Source: Octopus vulgaris (Eukaryota). Taken from it: DNA of 64,000 nt. The number at the start of each line of letters is the position of its first letter. The stretch's first letter is position 1. The stretch is taken from NCBI GenBank assembly GCA_951406725.2, contig OX597823.1, forward strand, positions 3,968,001-4,032,000. The letters are read 5' to 3'. The translations under genes were made by a program, and so were the position numbers. Of the stretch, positions 11,961 to 25,181 are shown one piece after another. The notes under the pieces were generated by a model, which did not search any database, was not told the origin of the DNA, and saw only the letters and a list, made by a program, of their open reading frames with translations.

Positions 11961-13360
11961 GTACATGCCTTTAAACCAGCCATATCCTGCTTAAATATCC
12001 TACTCGTTTTATATTTAAACTGATCAGATCCAGCCTCTCACTCCTACCCTGCAATGCCATTTGAAAGATAAACAATCACATCAGTGAAATGTCAAAGCCA
12101 TGATTAATTGAAAACAATCTGAATAAATAAGCATTACCTGTGACAGTGTAATCCATATGTTAAAGGGTTAAATTCATCATCATCATCGTTTAACCTTCTC
12201 CTTCCATACTGACATGGATGGGACGGTTTGACAAGAGCCAGCCAGGCAGAAGCCTGCACCAGACTTCTGCAACTGTTTTGGCAGGATTTTTACAGCTGGA
12301 TGCCCTTCCTAACACGACTCAGCAGAGTGGACTGTAACTTAGTGGTTCAACAAAAGAGGCTAATAGAATAATTACTAGTGCTTTTTAGATGGTACAAGCA
12401 CAGGCAAGGTCAGTGTTGGTAAGGTTTTTATAGCTGGATGCCCTTTCAAATACCAACCACTTTACAGTGTGGACCGGGTGCTTTTAAGTGGCACCTGCAC
12501 CTTTCATTGTTGCTTAACTCCAGGTGAGACCTCATCCAATAGACCTATGACTAAAGGTGAGCTATTCTTCAGGATGTACATCTGTTTTCATTTAAGATGT
12601 AAGGAGTGTGTGTGTGTGATTTGAGGTAAAGTCGTCAGGTTTTTCAAGCAGGTCGAAGTCGGTTCGTCAGACATATGTTGGGTTTGGTTGGTATGTTCCT
12701 TTCTCTAAGGTGTGGTTCTTTAAACAGTAAATCAGGAAAAGTAATATAGATATGTTTTGATAGGTAAACCAGTATTTTAGAAATTTCATCTGAAAACGCT
12801 GTAAAGCTGTTATACATACATGAGCATGTGTGTGTATGTATATAAACATAGATGTATATGTATGTATGTATATATAACATATATATATATATATATATAC
12901 CTATATGTGTGTGTATGTAAGATATATATACATATATATATTCACATATGCATTACATCCATATACAAACATAGAGATGAGTGTATATATGTATATACAC
13001 ACATACATGGATATATATGTATAACACACACATGCATGTATATTTTTCCTTTTCCTCTTTCTTCACCCTATCTGTTTACGCTTCCTTTACCGTTTCTGCT
13101 GCTGTTACTTCTACAATACTTATCCTTGATGTTGTTGTTTTCCTTGTTCTTGTTCTTGCTGTTATGTTATTCATGTTGTTGTCAGTCTTGTTCTTCTTGT
13201 TGATTTAATTTCTATTTCTTCATCATCTTTTCCATCCTCATCATCTTCTCCACCTCCTCTTCCTTCTAAAAATTTGTTTTGATACTTAAGCCAGTGTTTA
13301 AGAGAAACTCTTCTGAATGGTATAATGCTGTAATGTATCTTACCCCTTTCCCATAACCTG

Positions 13361-13393
<33 letters not shown>

Positions 13394-13649
13394 TCACTTT
13401 TTATTTTACATATTGCTCTGGCTTATCTTTTTGGTGTTGTTATTATTAATAGTACTTCTTGTTCGTGCTTTTTCCCCCCACCATTCATTTTATATTACTT
13501 ACTTAGTGTTTTTGTTTTTATGTTCTCCATGTACTATTCAACAAAAAACAATAAAAAGAAAAGGAAAAAATTGTATATTTTCAGAGCAACCAATGAGTAA
13601 CTTCAACACACCTACAAAATCAGTTTTCAATGTTTTCTGTAGGTATTTG

Positions 13650-14830
13650 TTATCCTTAGGGCAGTGGATTGCAAGAATAAGATAGACTGCCCAAGCAAAT
13701 GTTTTGTAATATCAAGTTACATTCTTTCAAGTTCTGAGATCAAATCTCACCAAAGTTGATTTGTAACTGTCATTATTCAGTTGTGAAGCAGTGAGCTGGC
13801 AGAATTGTTAGCACGCTGGACGAAATGCTTAGCGGTATTTCGTCTGCCGCTACGTTCTAAGTTCAAATTCTGCCGAGGTCAACTTTACCTTTTACTCTTT
13901 CAAGGTCGATAACTTACGTATCAGGTGAGTACTGGGGTCGATGTAATCGACTGGCCCCCTCCTCGAAATTTCAGGCTTTGTGCCTATAATATAAAGGATT
14001 ATCTGAGAGTTTTAAAATAATCACTAGTCAAGCACTGGATTGATACATTTGGCTATTCCTTCTTCCAAATTTATAACATCTAAGTTATTCATCAATTTTA
14101 GTTATCCTTAGGGCGGCGAGTTGGCAGAATCGTTAGCACGCCAGGTGAAATGGTTAATGGTATTTCGTCTGCTGTTACGTTCTGAGTTCAAGTTCCGCCA
14201 AGGTTGACTTTGCCTTTCATCCTTTCGAGGTCAATTAAATAAGTACCAGTTACGCACTGGGGTCGATGTAATCGACTTAATCCCCTTGTCCTTATTTGTC
14301 CCCTCTTTGTTTAGCCCCCTGTGGGCAATAGAGAAATAAATATTAGTTACCCTTGAAGACAGTAAGCTGGCAGAATTGTTAGCACGCTAGGCAAAATGCT
14401 TAGCAGCATTTTGTCTATCATTATGTTCAGAGTTCAAATCCCGCCAATGTCCACTTTTCCTTTCATCTTTACAGGGTTGATAAAATAAGTACTGGAGTCA
14501 GTGTAATCAACTTACCCCCTCCCCTAAACTGGCTGGCCTTGTGTCAAAATTTCAAATCATTATCAGTTATCCTTTAGCTGCCAGAATTGTTAGGATGCTG
14601 AGCAAAATGCTTGGCGACATTTATTCTGTCTTTACATTCTGAGTTAAAACTCCAAGTGGTCACTTTGCCTTTCATCCTTTTGTAGTTCACAAGTACCAAC
14701 TGAGCACTGGGGTCGATGTAATAGACTTATCCCTCCCCCGAATTGTCTGGCCTTGTGCCAAAATTTGAAATCAATATTAGTCATCCTTTAGGGCCTCGGT
14801 GGAATTGGTAGAGCACAGGACCAAAAGACT
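13650..14830 (+). mobile_element. Tandem array of 5-6 family A SINEs
   Basis: Heads at about 13660, 13788, 14112, 14358, 14575 and 14790; most are preceded by an AGTTATCCTT-like motif. Confidence 0.85.
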
Positions 14831-15163
14831 TGAGGGGTCTCGCTTGTGTCTCTTCTGCCATGCTTGACAAATTTTATCTTTCTGAGCTAGAAAATTAAAG
14901 CTAATCAAGAATTGTTGTCCCTCAGCTTCCATGGTTTCCCTTTAGCACGATTTTGGTTTGGGTCTTTTTTTGTTTCAGTCATTTGACTGCGGCCATACTG
15001 GAGTATCGCCTTTAGTCGCGTAAATCGATCCCAGGATTTGTTCTTTGCAAACCTAGTACTTTTATCGGTATCTCTGCCAAACCTCTAAGTTACCGGGACC
15101 TAAACACACTAACATCGGTTGGGAAGCAATGGTGGGAGGACACACACAGACACACAAACATAT

Positions 15164-15610
15164 GTTAGTTAGTTAGTTAGTTAATTTGGCTCAAAAGCAA
15201 ATAGCAAGGCCATGTAGGGGGACATGGAGTTAAGTACAGGGTGGTGTTCATGTAAAGAGTTCAGGCCACTTGAGGTCCAGGGAGGCTTTGAACAAAGCGG
15301 TCGTCGGCATCTTCACCATCTCGTCTGGCAGCTTGTTCCACGGATCCGCAACCCGGACGGAGAAAGCTCCTCTCCTTCGATTGAGATGAAATCGTCGCAG
15401 GTAGAGCTTTTCGGAATGACCCCGCAGCCGACGCTCTGGAGCAGGAGTGAAGAACAGCTCTTTCAAGAGGTTACACTTTCTGCTTATGATGTTGTGGGCG
15501 AGAATGAGATCACCACGGCGGCGGCGTTTTTCAAGAGAATAAAGGTCGAGCGTCCTCAGCCTTTCTTCGTAGGACAAATTTTTGAGACCATGAACCATGA
15601 ACCATGGCAT
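15164..15610 (-). mobile_element. 5'-truncated CR1/L2-group LINE, ORF2 C-terminus and (CTAA)n tail
   Basis: ORF 15248-15610: GLKNLSYEERLRTLDLYSLEKRRRRGDLI...LRGHSEKL...FSVRVADPWNKLP, the typical CR1 ORF2 end. Tail TTAGTTAGTTAG at 15164-15184. Frame open and CpGs intact, so probably young. Confidence 0.9.
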
Positions 15611-15744
15611 TCTTTCGATATGAGTCCCATTTACATCACGTGTATTTGTTTACATTTGAAGAAGATCGTCACTTTCCGTAAAATTTTATTTTTTTATATA
15701 TGTGGGTTAGGGTTATGGTTAAGGGTGGAGGAAGAGTATCTTTT

Positions 15745-16428
15745 GGCGATCTTTCGTTTGTAGTAGCACGTTTCCGTCGATGATTTCCGTAAAAAACTTT
15801 TATTTTTTTACATATGGGCTTGCGGGAACATTTGAAGTAATGAGAGCGAAAGAGACTAAGAGAAAGCGATTTTATGACGAGGGAATTTCTTTTGAAGTTA
15901 CCGAAGCATTGATGTACATGTGCGTGTGTGTTTGATGGGGTGTGGGAGACAGACAGTATGTTGTGTAAGTGAAGTGCTTCTGTTAGTGTGTGTGAAGAGA
16001 CAGAGAGAGTAATGTGTGAAAGAGAAAGAACTGAAATTTTTTACTCGGTGTATGTGTATATGTATGTATGCATGTATGTGTGTGTGTGTATGTATCTATG
16101 TATGTGTGTGTGTATGTATCTATGTATGTGTGTGTGTATGTATGTATGTATGGCCGATTCAGTGTACACTGAATCGGCCATACATACAGATACATACACA
16201 CATACATACACACACACATACATAGATACATACACACACACACACACACACACATGTACATCAATGCTTCGGTAACTTCAAAAGAAATTCCCTCGTCATA
16301 CAATCGCTTTCTCTTAGTCTCTTTCGCTCTCATTATTTCAAATGTTCCCGCAAGCCCATATGTAAAAAAATTAAAGTTTTTTACGGAAATCATCGACGGA
16401 AACGTGCTACTACAAACGAAAGATCGCC
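15745..16428. repeat. Foldback structure: ~185-bp inverted arms with a nested inner palindrome centred at 16165/16166
   Basis: GGCGATCTTTCGTTTGTAGTAGCACG...(15745-15930) is mirrored at 16243-16428. The inner TGGCCGATTCAGTGT|ACACTGAATCGGCCA has no spacer. Confidence 0.95.
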
Positions 16429-18821
16429 CTTTAAGATAAATGAATTTTTCATTAATTATACTCATTAATTTTATTTTAGCAATTTACATGATGAAGGTCG
16501 ATAAGTTATCAACGATTCCAGAAGAGATCAATGATATAAGAAATGTGCCGACCCCTGGTTTTAGATAGGGTAGTCCTAGATAACCGCAGCTAGAAACAGC
16601 TACCAAATCTCCTTCAATTTAAAGAACTTGAAGAAAATAAAAATGCTAAAGTATTATCAAACTGTTTCGATGTGAATAATTTCAATTCGTTTGTATACAT
16701 CTTGTAAACATGTAGCCCCAACCAGTTGATTGTAGGCACACCTACACAACTGTGACCCTCCACCCATCGACTTTGTTTCCTCATAACTTCCAGAACAAAT
16801 GGATATTTTTTAAAAATTAGATTTTCTAATACGCTTTAGATTGTGTAGATTCCGGTTATATCGAAATTTGTGGTGAAAAATCTTTTCCGGGGATGGAATG
16901 AGGAGTTTCGGAAAATTCACACGACTCGGCTTAAAACTTTCAGAAAAATGGATAATGTTTCAATGGAATTTTTCTATAAATACCTTTGAAAGAGTGTAGA
17001 TTACGATGGTGAAGGTAAAGAATACGCACACCCAGTGTTTAGGGATTAGGGTTACGCCGAAAACGGGTGGTTGCGTATTCTTTACCTCCGCCGATTACGA
17101 TTACATCAGAATTTAATTTTGGGGGGGAAAATATGGCGAGTTCGCACGCAGACGACACACTTTACACATATTTAATAAAATGGAACTTGAAATTTCGAGG
17201 AAGAAAATTGTGATATGTATCAGTATGTGTGTGTGTGTGTCTGAGTGCAGCATTTAAAATTTTTGTTTTTCATATTAAATTCTGATAGAAATCGTAATCT
17301 GAAATTTCATTGAAAAATATCCGTTTTTATGAAAGATGAGGAAACAAGGCTGCCTCGTGTGAATCTTCCGAAACTTCCCATTCCACCTTTGGAAAAAAAA
17401 AATTGTAATCTGCGCCATCTAAAGCATATTTTGAGAAAATTTCATTGAAAGAAAATCCCATTTTTCTAAAAGTTATGAAGAAATAAAGTCGGAGGCGCGG
17501 AGACATTTATGAATGTCAAAAGCTCTCTGTATGTCAAAGGCTTTCAGTAAAGACATTAGAAACCTGCAAAGAAGAAAGATCATGTCGAAAGGGTTTACTC
17601 AAATCGAAAACATCTAAATAAAAAAGCAAGAAAGGTTTTAATTCTTTTAGGGTCTTGAAAAGGATTAAAAAGCGAGCAAATTTAATAAGTCTTAAAAGAC
17701 CCACCAATGGCGATTGTGAAGGCAGGTTGAAGACATCATACACGATTCCATTTAATATAGCAAAGGAAACTCATATACTATTGGCGAGGATATTAGAGAT
17801 ATTAAAAAAAAGTGTGAAAAATGCTCTCGAACTGCTTACCTTGAACTGAAAGGAGAGTGAGTGGACATATCAATGAAGTGTTCGCTGATGCGGAGAAAAC
17901 TTTGGGGGTCAGTGCTTCAACATTTCAAGTTTTCTACCCAACTTGAGTTAATATTCGGTAATTTAAATATTTTCATGGCCTATGAGAGGTACAATAGTGT
18001 TCTGTTGATGAATTTTTGTTTGCTAATTAACTTAAAGTTGATCCCATAAGGATATTTAAGAATATTAAGTGCAATGTCTACGGACGATGTCACCAGGTTG
18101 GTCGTTGCAGAGGAATAGCTTGGTTGTTCAAGAAAAAGAGGGGGGGGGACTTCGGAAAAGTTCTTAAGAAAAGCGTGAAATTTTTTGTTTGTCTTTTCTT
18201 TTTTGCGCTATTTGTCGGTCATTTTATGATATCCCACATCTTAAAACGTAATCCCCATTAAAAAAAAAATCTTTTTTTTTTTTCCAAATGACTGTTTAGC
18301 GAGTTCCGCAACCCGGATCTCCTCGTGGCGCCTTCGGATTAAAATAAATTATTCAGGTTTTAGAAATTTCGTAACTGCCGCATCCCCATCTTATTACATC
18401 TTCCAGACCTTTCACAATGTTAATATTTGGTCATATACTTGAAACTATCATTCTTCACAAAAAATCTTCAAAATATCCTTTTTTAAATACCTTTCCTACC
18501 GCCCCTCCATCACCCTTTTCCCGTTTCTTTCCTCATTTTAATTTTTTTTTAATTTCTTCTGACTTTCGTCCCATTCTATAAATCTTTTGTTTTTCTCCAT
18601 GACACAAACATTAAATGAATTTATGAAGCCGCTCATGATCGTTGGAGCTGCTAAGCATAACAGTTGAACCATATCTTTTATATTTTACTTGGTTCAGTTA
18701 TTTGACTGCGGCCACCGTCTTAAAGGATTTTAGTCGACCAAATCGACCCCTTTTTTATAAAGCCTAGTACTTATTACTGGCATTGCATAAAAGATGAGCT
18801 CATTGATATGTGTATTCAGCG

Positions 18822-18894
18822 ATGGATTATCCATTAAGCATAATAAGCACGAGCTTCGGGCATCAAGGGAAAGGCGGGGAGCACAAGAGAACTG
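18822..18894 (+). CDS. Candidate distal alternative first exon (MDYPLSIISTSFGHQGKGGEHKRT + G, phase 1)
   Basis: ATG in CAGCGATGG context after an in-frame TGA (18804-18806). 24 codons + 1 nt, donor CTG|GTAAAT, phase-compatible with the 39419 exon, inside a CpG-retaining zone. No homology recognised. Confidence 0.2.
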
Positions 18895-20774
18895 GTAAAT
18901 GGTTTGCGGCACAAAAGAAATCACTTTAACCGTGCTAGAATAAAATTCGAAGTGGTTTCTATGATCGACAATATAATATCAGTGTTCATAGTGTCGTGGT
19001 AAGGGCCTGGTCAAAGTATTTTCAATTAAAGAAAGTAGGAGAAAACTTTTCAAATGGAAATAAAGTGGAGATATACATAAATAATCATTATTTTCCATCT
19101 TAAATGTTAGTTTTGTTTCATTTTATGGTTTAATATTGTTTATATTTTGAATTACAAATATTTGGGGTTCACCAAAATCTTTTAAGTGCGTAGAGCTTAA
19201 TCCGGCCCAATGTGTATGGATCTTGAAGCTAAATTCTTATCTAAAAACAAAAGTGCAGCAGTTGAGCAGAATTTATTTACATTTTCAAGTTCAAAAATAG
19301 TTAAAGCTGGTTTTAGCCATGAAAATTTGCTTTAAACGAAGGAGATAAATGGAATGAATTTGGAAGTATGCGGTAATTTAAGCTAAAACTCACTAATTCC
19401 CAGCCAAATGTCTGCGTAATTAGCTTAATATTCACCAAACGCACTTCACATCAAATATTCCATGTCAATATAACTTCACTGAAAGTTTATTGTTCTTTAT
19501 CAGCTTCGTTAATTATTTTCGATATATTTTAATATTTCCTCGTAAAAAGTGGTAATGACATAACAGAACGAAGGAATTGTTTTTAAATCAAGTAATTTTT
19601 TTTATTAATTATACTTTTTACTTTTATTTTAGAAACCTACATGACACGGGTCCATTATTTATCATTGACCTCTGGAATCGACCAATTCCAGAGGTCAATG
19701 ATACAAGTTTGCTGATCTCTGCATTACGTGATGTAGTTCTAGAAAGCCGTGGCTAGAAATAGTAGCCAAATCTCCTCTGAATTACACTCGACTATCTTCA
19801 AAAAAGAAACTGAAGGATATATTACATATAGTAAAACTAGATAACCGAGGCAATATTTCCCTTAAAGGACAACCTACTGTCTTAAAAAGAAGGGCATTAG
19901 ATCATGTAATCCTAGATAACATACGCGCTGGCACACACACACACACACACAAAGAAGGGATTGTTAAGTGGCTGAAACATCTTTGATCACAGGTCTACTG
20001 TTCATGGCTGGCCTTGCAACAGTATCCCCAAAGTATTTTATCCTCTTCTGTTTTCCTTTTATTCCCGAAACACGTCTTCAACAGTTTTTCCTGTTCTCAT
20101 AATACGATGTGAAACGGCTTTCAAGTGAGGAAGGAAACATCTCTCGGAAGCCATTTCCGAGCACTTCTTTCCTCCCTACTTGTTCAATGAGCACCTTTTT
20201 GCATCGAAGTTTTTGCTTTAGAATATGATTAAATATTAGAGACAACGAATTGGTTAAAAGTCTTTTGAGAATCTTGCAGTATTTCTGTTTGAGTAACTGA
20301 ACTTAGAACAGCAAGCCAGCTAATCACTGGCCAACGGGAGCTTCTAAGTGGTCATTCAACCAGCAATAACAGTTAAAAATAGCAGTCAAATCTCCTTCAA
20401 ATTACACCACCGCCAGCTTAAAAGGCAATACACTAAATAATGTAATCGTGGGTGCTTCCACTTAGTAAAAAAATGGGAGGGTCACAAATGGAACGTTTTT
20501 GAGCATTGGTCTGCTGGATCAAAGTTAACTTAGGGCTAAAACAACAATAATTCGGCACTACTTAAATACAGTGGTCCCGATGCATCTACATAACGATGTT
20601 TTACAGTGCACACTCGTTAGGGGGTTGGGATTAGGGTTAGTTTTAGGGTTACTTGCTTAGAAGTTAGGGAGCATAAGTCTTAACAGCTAAATGTTTGGAC
20701 CACAGATGATCAGTTCCTGTAACATCATTCGAACCATCGACGCCTCACTCCAGGTGTTGACCCATTTCACCTAG

Positions 20775-21090
20775 AACTCCATCGGTTACGACGACGAGGG
20801 TTCCAGTCGATCCGATCAACGGAATAGCCTGCTCGTGGAATTAACGTGCAAGTGGATGAGTATTCCACAGACACATGTGCTCTTAACGTAGTTCTCAGGG
20901 AGATTCAGCGTGACACAGAGTGTGACAAGGCCGGCCCTTTGAAATACGGGCATAACTCGTTTTTGCCAGCTGAGTAGACTGAAGGAACGTGAAATAAAGC
21001 ATCTTGCTCAAGGACACAATGCACCATCAGGAATCGAACTCACGATCTCGCGATCATGAACCGAATGCCCCTAACCACTAAGCCACTAAG
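20775..21090 (-). mobile_element. tRNA-derived SINE family C, CpG-intact copy
   Basis: Same family as 2550-2862 but retains CpGs (GAATCGAACTCACGATCTCGCGATC). Confidence 0.85.
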
Positions 21091-22639
21091 TGATCCAATG
21101 ATTGTCCCTGGGTGTTGGAATAGTTTCCATACACAATATTATGGTGAACGTTTTTTTTTCTTGAATTAACTCCCTTTTGTCCTCGACGGCGCTATATCGA
21201 ATATGAGCCAACAAGGAAACCTCCATGTGGTCCATCAATCTGCAAGAAACAGCAGCTAAGCATCGCTCATATTATTCCCCATCGTCGTCATTTTCGTCAT
21301 CGTCATTATCGTCGTCGACACCACCACCATCATCATCTGTTTCCTACAATATGATTTCCAGCTTAGACACAAAGCCTGCAATTTTAAGTTCCTGATAATA
21401 AGATAGCTGGGTAACATGTTGTGTCCTTGAGCAAGACACTTCATTTCACATTGAACCAATCTACTCAGCTGTTACAAGTATCAGCCAACTACTGAAGCAA
21501 CCGTCTCTCTTTCTCTCTCCTTTCCTCTCTCCCGTGATATTTTGCTGGGTCAAGTATGAGGGGTTTGAGTGACTACATGATACATATTACCCACTTATAT
21601 TCACATACCAATGATATCTGGTTGTAAATTTTCCTTCAAATGTGCTGCTTCTTGCCAAAACTGGGATTCGTTTTTGGCAAAATAGAATTGTACTGACTTC
21701 CAAAACACTATCATCTGCAAGCTAAATATAATATTAGTAAAAACGATTCCAAAACATTGTTGATAAAAATGTTAATGCAGAGTTTTGTCTATAAATACAG
21801 ATTTCTAACAAAGTTAACCGTTTTGAGAGAGGAATAGTAAAGTACAGTCACCACTACTTGTGAGCAAATTCTGTTTGATAACAAGTGTTATGCTTTCATT
21901 TGTAGCAGGAATGTGTAGCAATCAAACCGGGACCACTATATCCATTGCAAAAACAGCAATTCAAGAATACAATCATGATTTGCTAGAATATTACCAACAC
22001 CATCAAAGAATCTGACCTTTCAAGACTTCATGTGAAACCGGATCTAACAGCATCATCCTTGGTGTATTTTTTCTTAGCAAGACCACCACTATGTCTTCAG
22101 TGCATTTTAGCCACTAAAGACAGATGGTTGATGGTACACAGAAGCTGGCTAGAATGCTGTCACAATACAAAAAACACAATGGCTGGATGGTGATAGCAAC
22201 ACAAGGATCAGTTAACATCATGACAGTGACTACTATCATACTAAGTCCAGGAAGAATAAGCTTCAAACTACCTCGGTTCTTATTGCTTGTAGTTATGATA
22301 TTTTTTTGTTTATGATGTAAATTAATATTTTTTTAAATCAAAAATCTCAATTGTAACAAATTAATTGTTTTAGGTGCCTGTGTAGTTACAAGCAGACATA
22401 GACATTTTCTTGGCCCTCTCAATATTTCACTCAATGGTGCATCCAGGATGTGGGAGCTGGGAGGAGAGAGAGAGAGCTGAGCTAGCATCTGGTTGGTACT
22501 TATGGCTGAGTAGACTGAAGCAATGGAAAACGAAATGCTTTGTTGAAGGACAAAATACTCTGATTCAAGAATTGAACCTGTGGCCATAAGATCATGAACT
22601 GAACCATGTAACTGCTATGACATGTACCTTCACTTGAGG

Positions 22640-23336
22640 TGCAGGAGTGGTTGTGTGGTAAGAAGCTGGCAGAAACGTTAGCACATCGGGCGAAATGCTT
22701 AGCAGTATTTCGTCTGTCTTTACGTTCTGAGTTCAAATTCCACTGAGGTCAACTTTGCCTTTCATCCTTTTGAAGTCGATTAAATAAGTACCAATTACAC
22801 ACTGGATCGATATAATCAACTTAATCCGTTTGTCTGTCTTTGTTTGTCCCCTCTGTGTGTAGCCCCTTGTGGGCAGCAAAGAAATAAGAAGCTTGCTTCC
22901 CAACCACATGGTTCTGAGTTCAGTCCCACTGCATAGCACCTTAGGCAAGTGTCTTCTACTATAGCGTTGGGCTGACCAAAGCCTTGTGAGTAGATTTGGT
23001 AGATGGAAACTGAAAAAATCCCATCGTATCATCATCATCATCATCATCATTTAACGTCCGTTTTCCATGCTAGCATGGGTTGGACAGTTCGACTGGGGTC
23101 TGGGAAGCCAGGAGGCTGCACCAGGCTCCAGTCTGATCTGGCAGTGTTTCTACAGCTGGATGCTCTTCCTAATGCCAACCACTCCGTGAGTGTAGTGGGT
23201 GCTTTTTATGTGCCACCGGCACAGGGGCCAGGGGAGGCTGGCATACAGCCATGATCGGTTGGTGCTTTTTACGTGTCACCGACACGGACACCAGTCAGGC
23301 GGCACTGGCATCAGCCATGTTTGGATGGTGCTTTTT

Positions 23337-23367
<31 letters not shown>

Positions 23368-23590
23368 GTATTTGTGTGTTCATGTTTGTCCCCCACCCCA
23401 CCACCACCATCACTTGACACTGGTGTTGGTGTGTTTACATCCCCCGTAACTTAGTGGTTTGGCAAAAGTGACCAATAGAATAAGTACTGGGTTTACAAAG
23501 AATAAGTGCTGCGGTCGATTTGTTCGACTACAGGTGGTGCTCCAGCATGGCTAAAGTCAAACGACTGAAATGAGTTAAAGAATAAAAGCA
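22640..23590 (+). mobile_element. Nested cluster: CORE-like SINE B interrupted by family A SINE (22663-22888) and an RTE-tail repeat (23028-23340, minus)
   Basis: TAAGAAGCT is duplicated on both sides of the family A insert; SINE B resumes with TGCTTCCCAACCAC and again after 23370. Confidence 0.8.
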
Positions 23591-24023
23591 ATGATTGGAA
23601 GCCATCTGTGTTGCTTGTGTTTAATTAACAGATTCCATAACGAACATTGAATAATGTGGTTTATGTGTGGGTACATTGAAACATATTGACAAATATAGAT
23701 ATATTAAATACAATACAACACAGATTCTTGATCTATTAAAACAATATCAACCTCTAGAGGATGTTTTGTAATTACTAAATAGCAATTAAGATCAGCTGCA
23801 TATGAGATGGGGAGTAAATCTCAAGATTCAAGAATTTTTCCATTAAGGGAAAAATAGGTTTATTGGAGACAAGATGACAGACATGGACGTGTGTTTCTGC
23901 CTCAGTAAGCATCATCAGCTTATTGTCCTAAACAATCTCCAATTGCAAAGGGACTTAGATTTATGCAAAACAGTGCAAAACACATTTGTGCCTTTGGTAA
24001 TTTGCATAATTTAAACAATAACA

Positions 24024-24112
24024 TGTATGTATGTATGTATGTATGTATGTATGTATGTATGTATGTATGTATGCATGCATGTATGTATGTATGTGTGTAT
24101 ATATATATATAT

Positions 24113-24201
<89 letters not shown>

Positions 24202-24235
24202 AAGAAAGATAGATGGATAGATAGATTGACAGATA
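24024..24235. repeat. Compound (TATG)n-(TA)n-(GATA)n microsatellite
   Basis: Direct observation. Confidence 0.95.
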
Positions 24236-24384
24236 AATAGATAAAGGTATATCAAATACCATACAACACAACATGGATTCTTTTTATTAAAATTTCTCTG
24301 TTCTCTGCTTCTTGAGGATGTATCATAACTACCAAATGGCAATTAAAACTAGTCTAGGAAAATATATGCACACGCACTCACATG

Positions 24385-24415
<31 letters not shown>

Positions 24416-25043
24416 ATGTGCACACATGCATACACACACACACACACAGACACAAACATATACACACACACACCTATATGTAAAGTACCTACCCATGGCA
24501 CAAAATATGAATGCTATGTAGAGAAAGCCCCTTACTGTAATTTTAATTCTAATACCTTGATGCTAATTATATTCAAGGATGGGAGAAGGAAAAATAAAAT
24601 TACCAGACAAACACATCATTTTGTGTTTGTTTTTCTTAGTATTGATAATATCTCTAGTTTCTTTTCTCTCTTTCACTCTCTCTCACACACACACGTATGT
24701 TTGTGTGTGTGTGTGTGTGTGCATTTATTTATATATATATATATACACATACATACACATATACATATACATATATATAATTATCATCATCAACTTCATT
24801 TAATATTCCTTCTTCCATCTTGGCATGAGTTGGACGTTTTGACTGCAATGCAGTGTCTGTATACACACACACACAAATATTATATATACACACACACGAA
24901 TATATATATATATATATATATACACATACACACACACATATATTTATATATATATATACTTACATATATTAATACACATACATGCACACCCTGCCATCCA
25001 CACAGAAATGCAAGTATATGAATATATATATACATAAACATAT

Positions 25044-25083
<40 letters not shown>

Positions 25084-25084
25084 C

Positions 25085-25116
<32 letters not shown>

Positions 25117-25118
25117 TG

Positions 25119-25181
<63 letters not shown>

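Noticed and set aside
15224-15763. 179-aa plus-strand ORF
   Set aside because: Antisense shadow of the CR1 LINE ORF2 fragment.
20620-20670. TTAGGG motifs (also about 655, 15705, 17040) as interstitial telomere
   Set aside because: Only 2-4 degenerate units, embedded in interspersed repeats.
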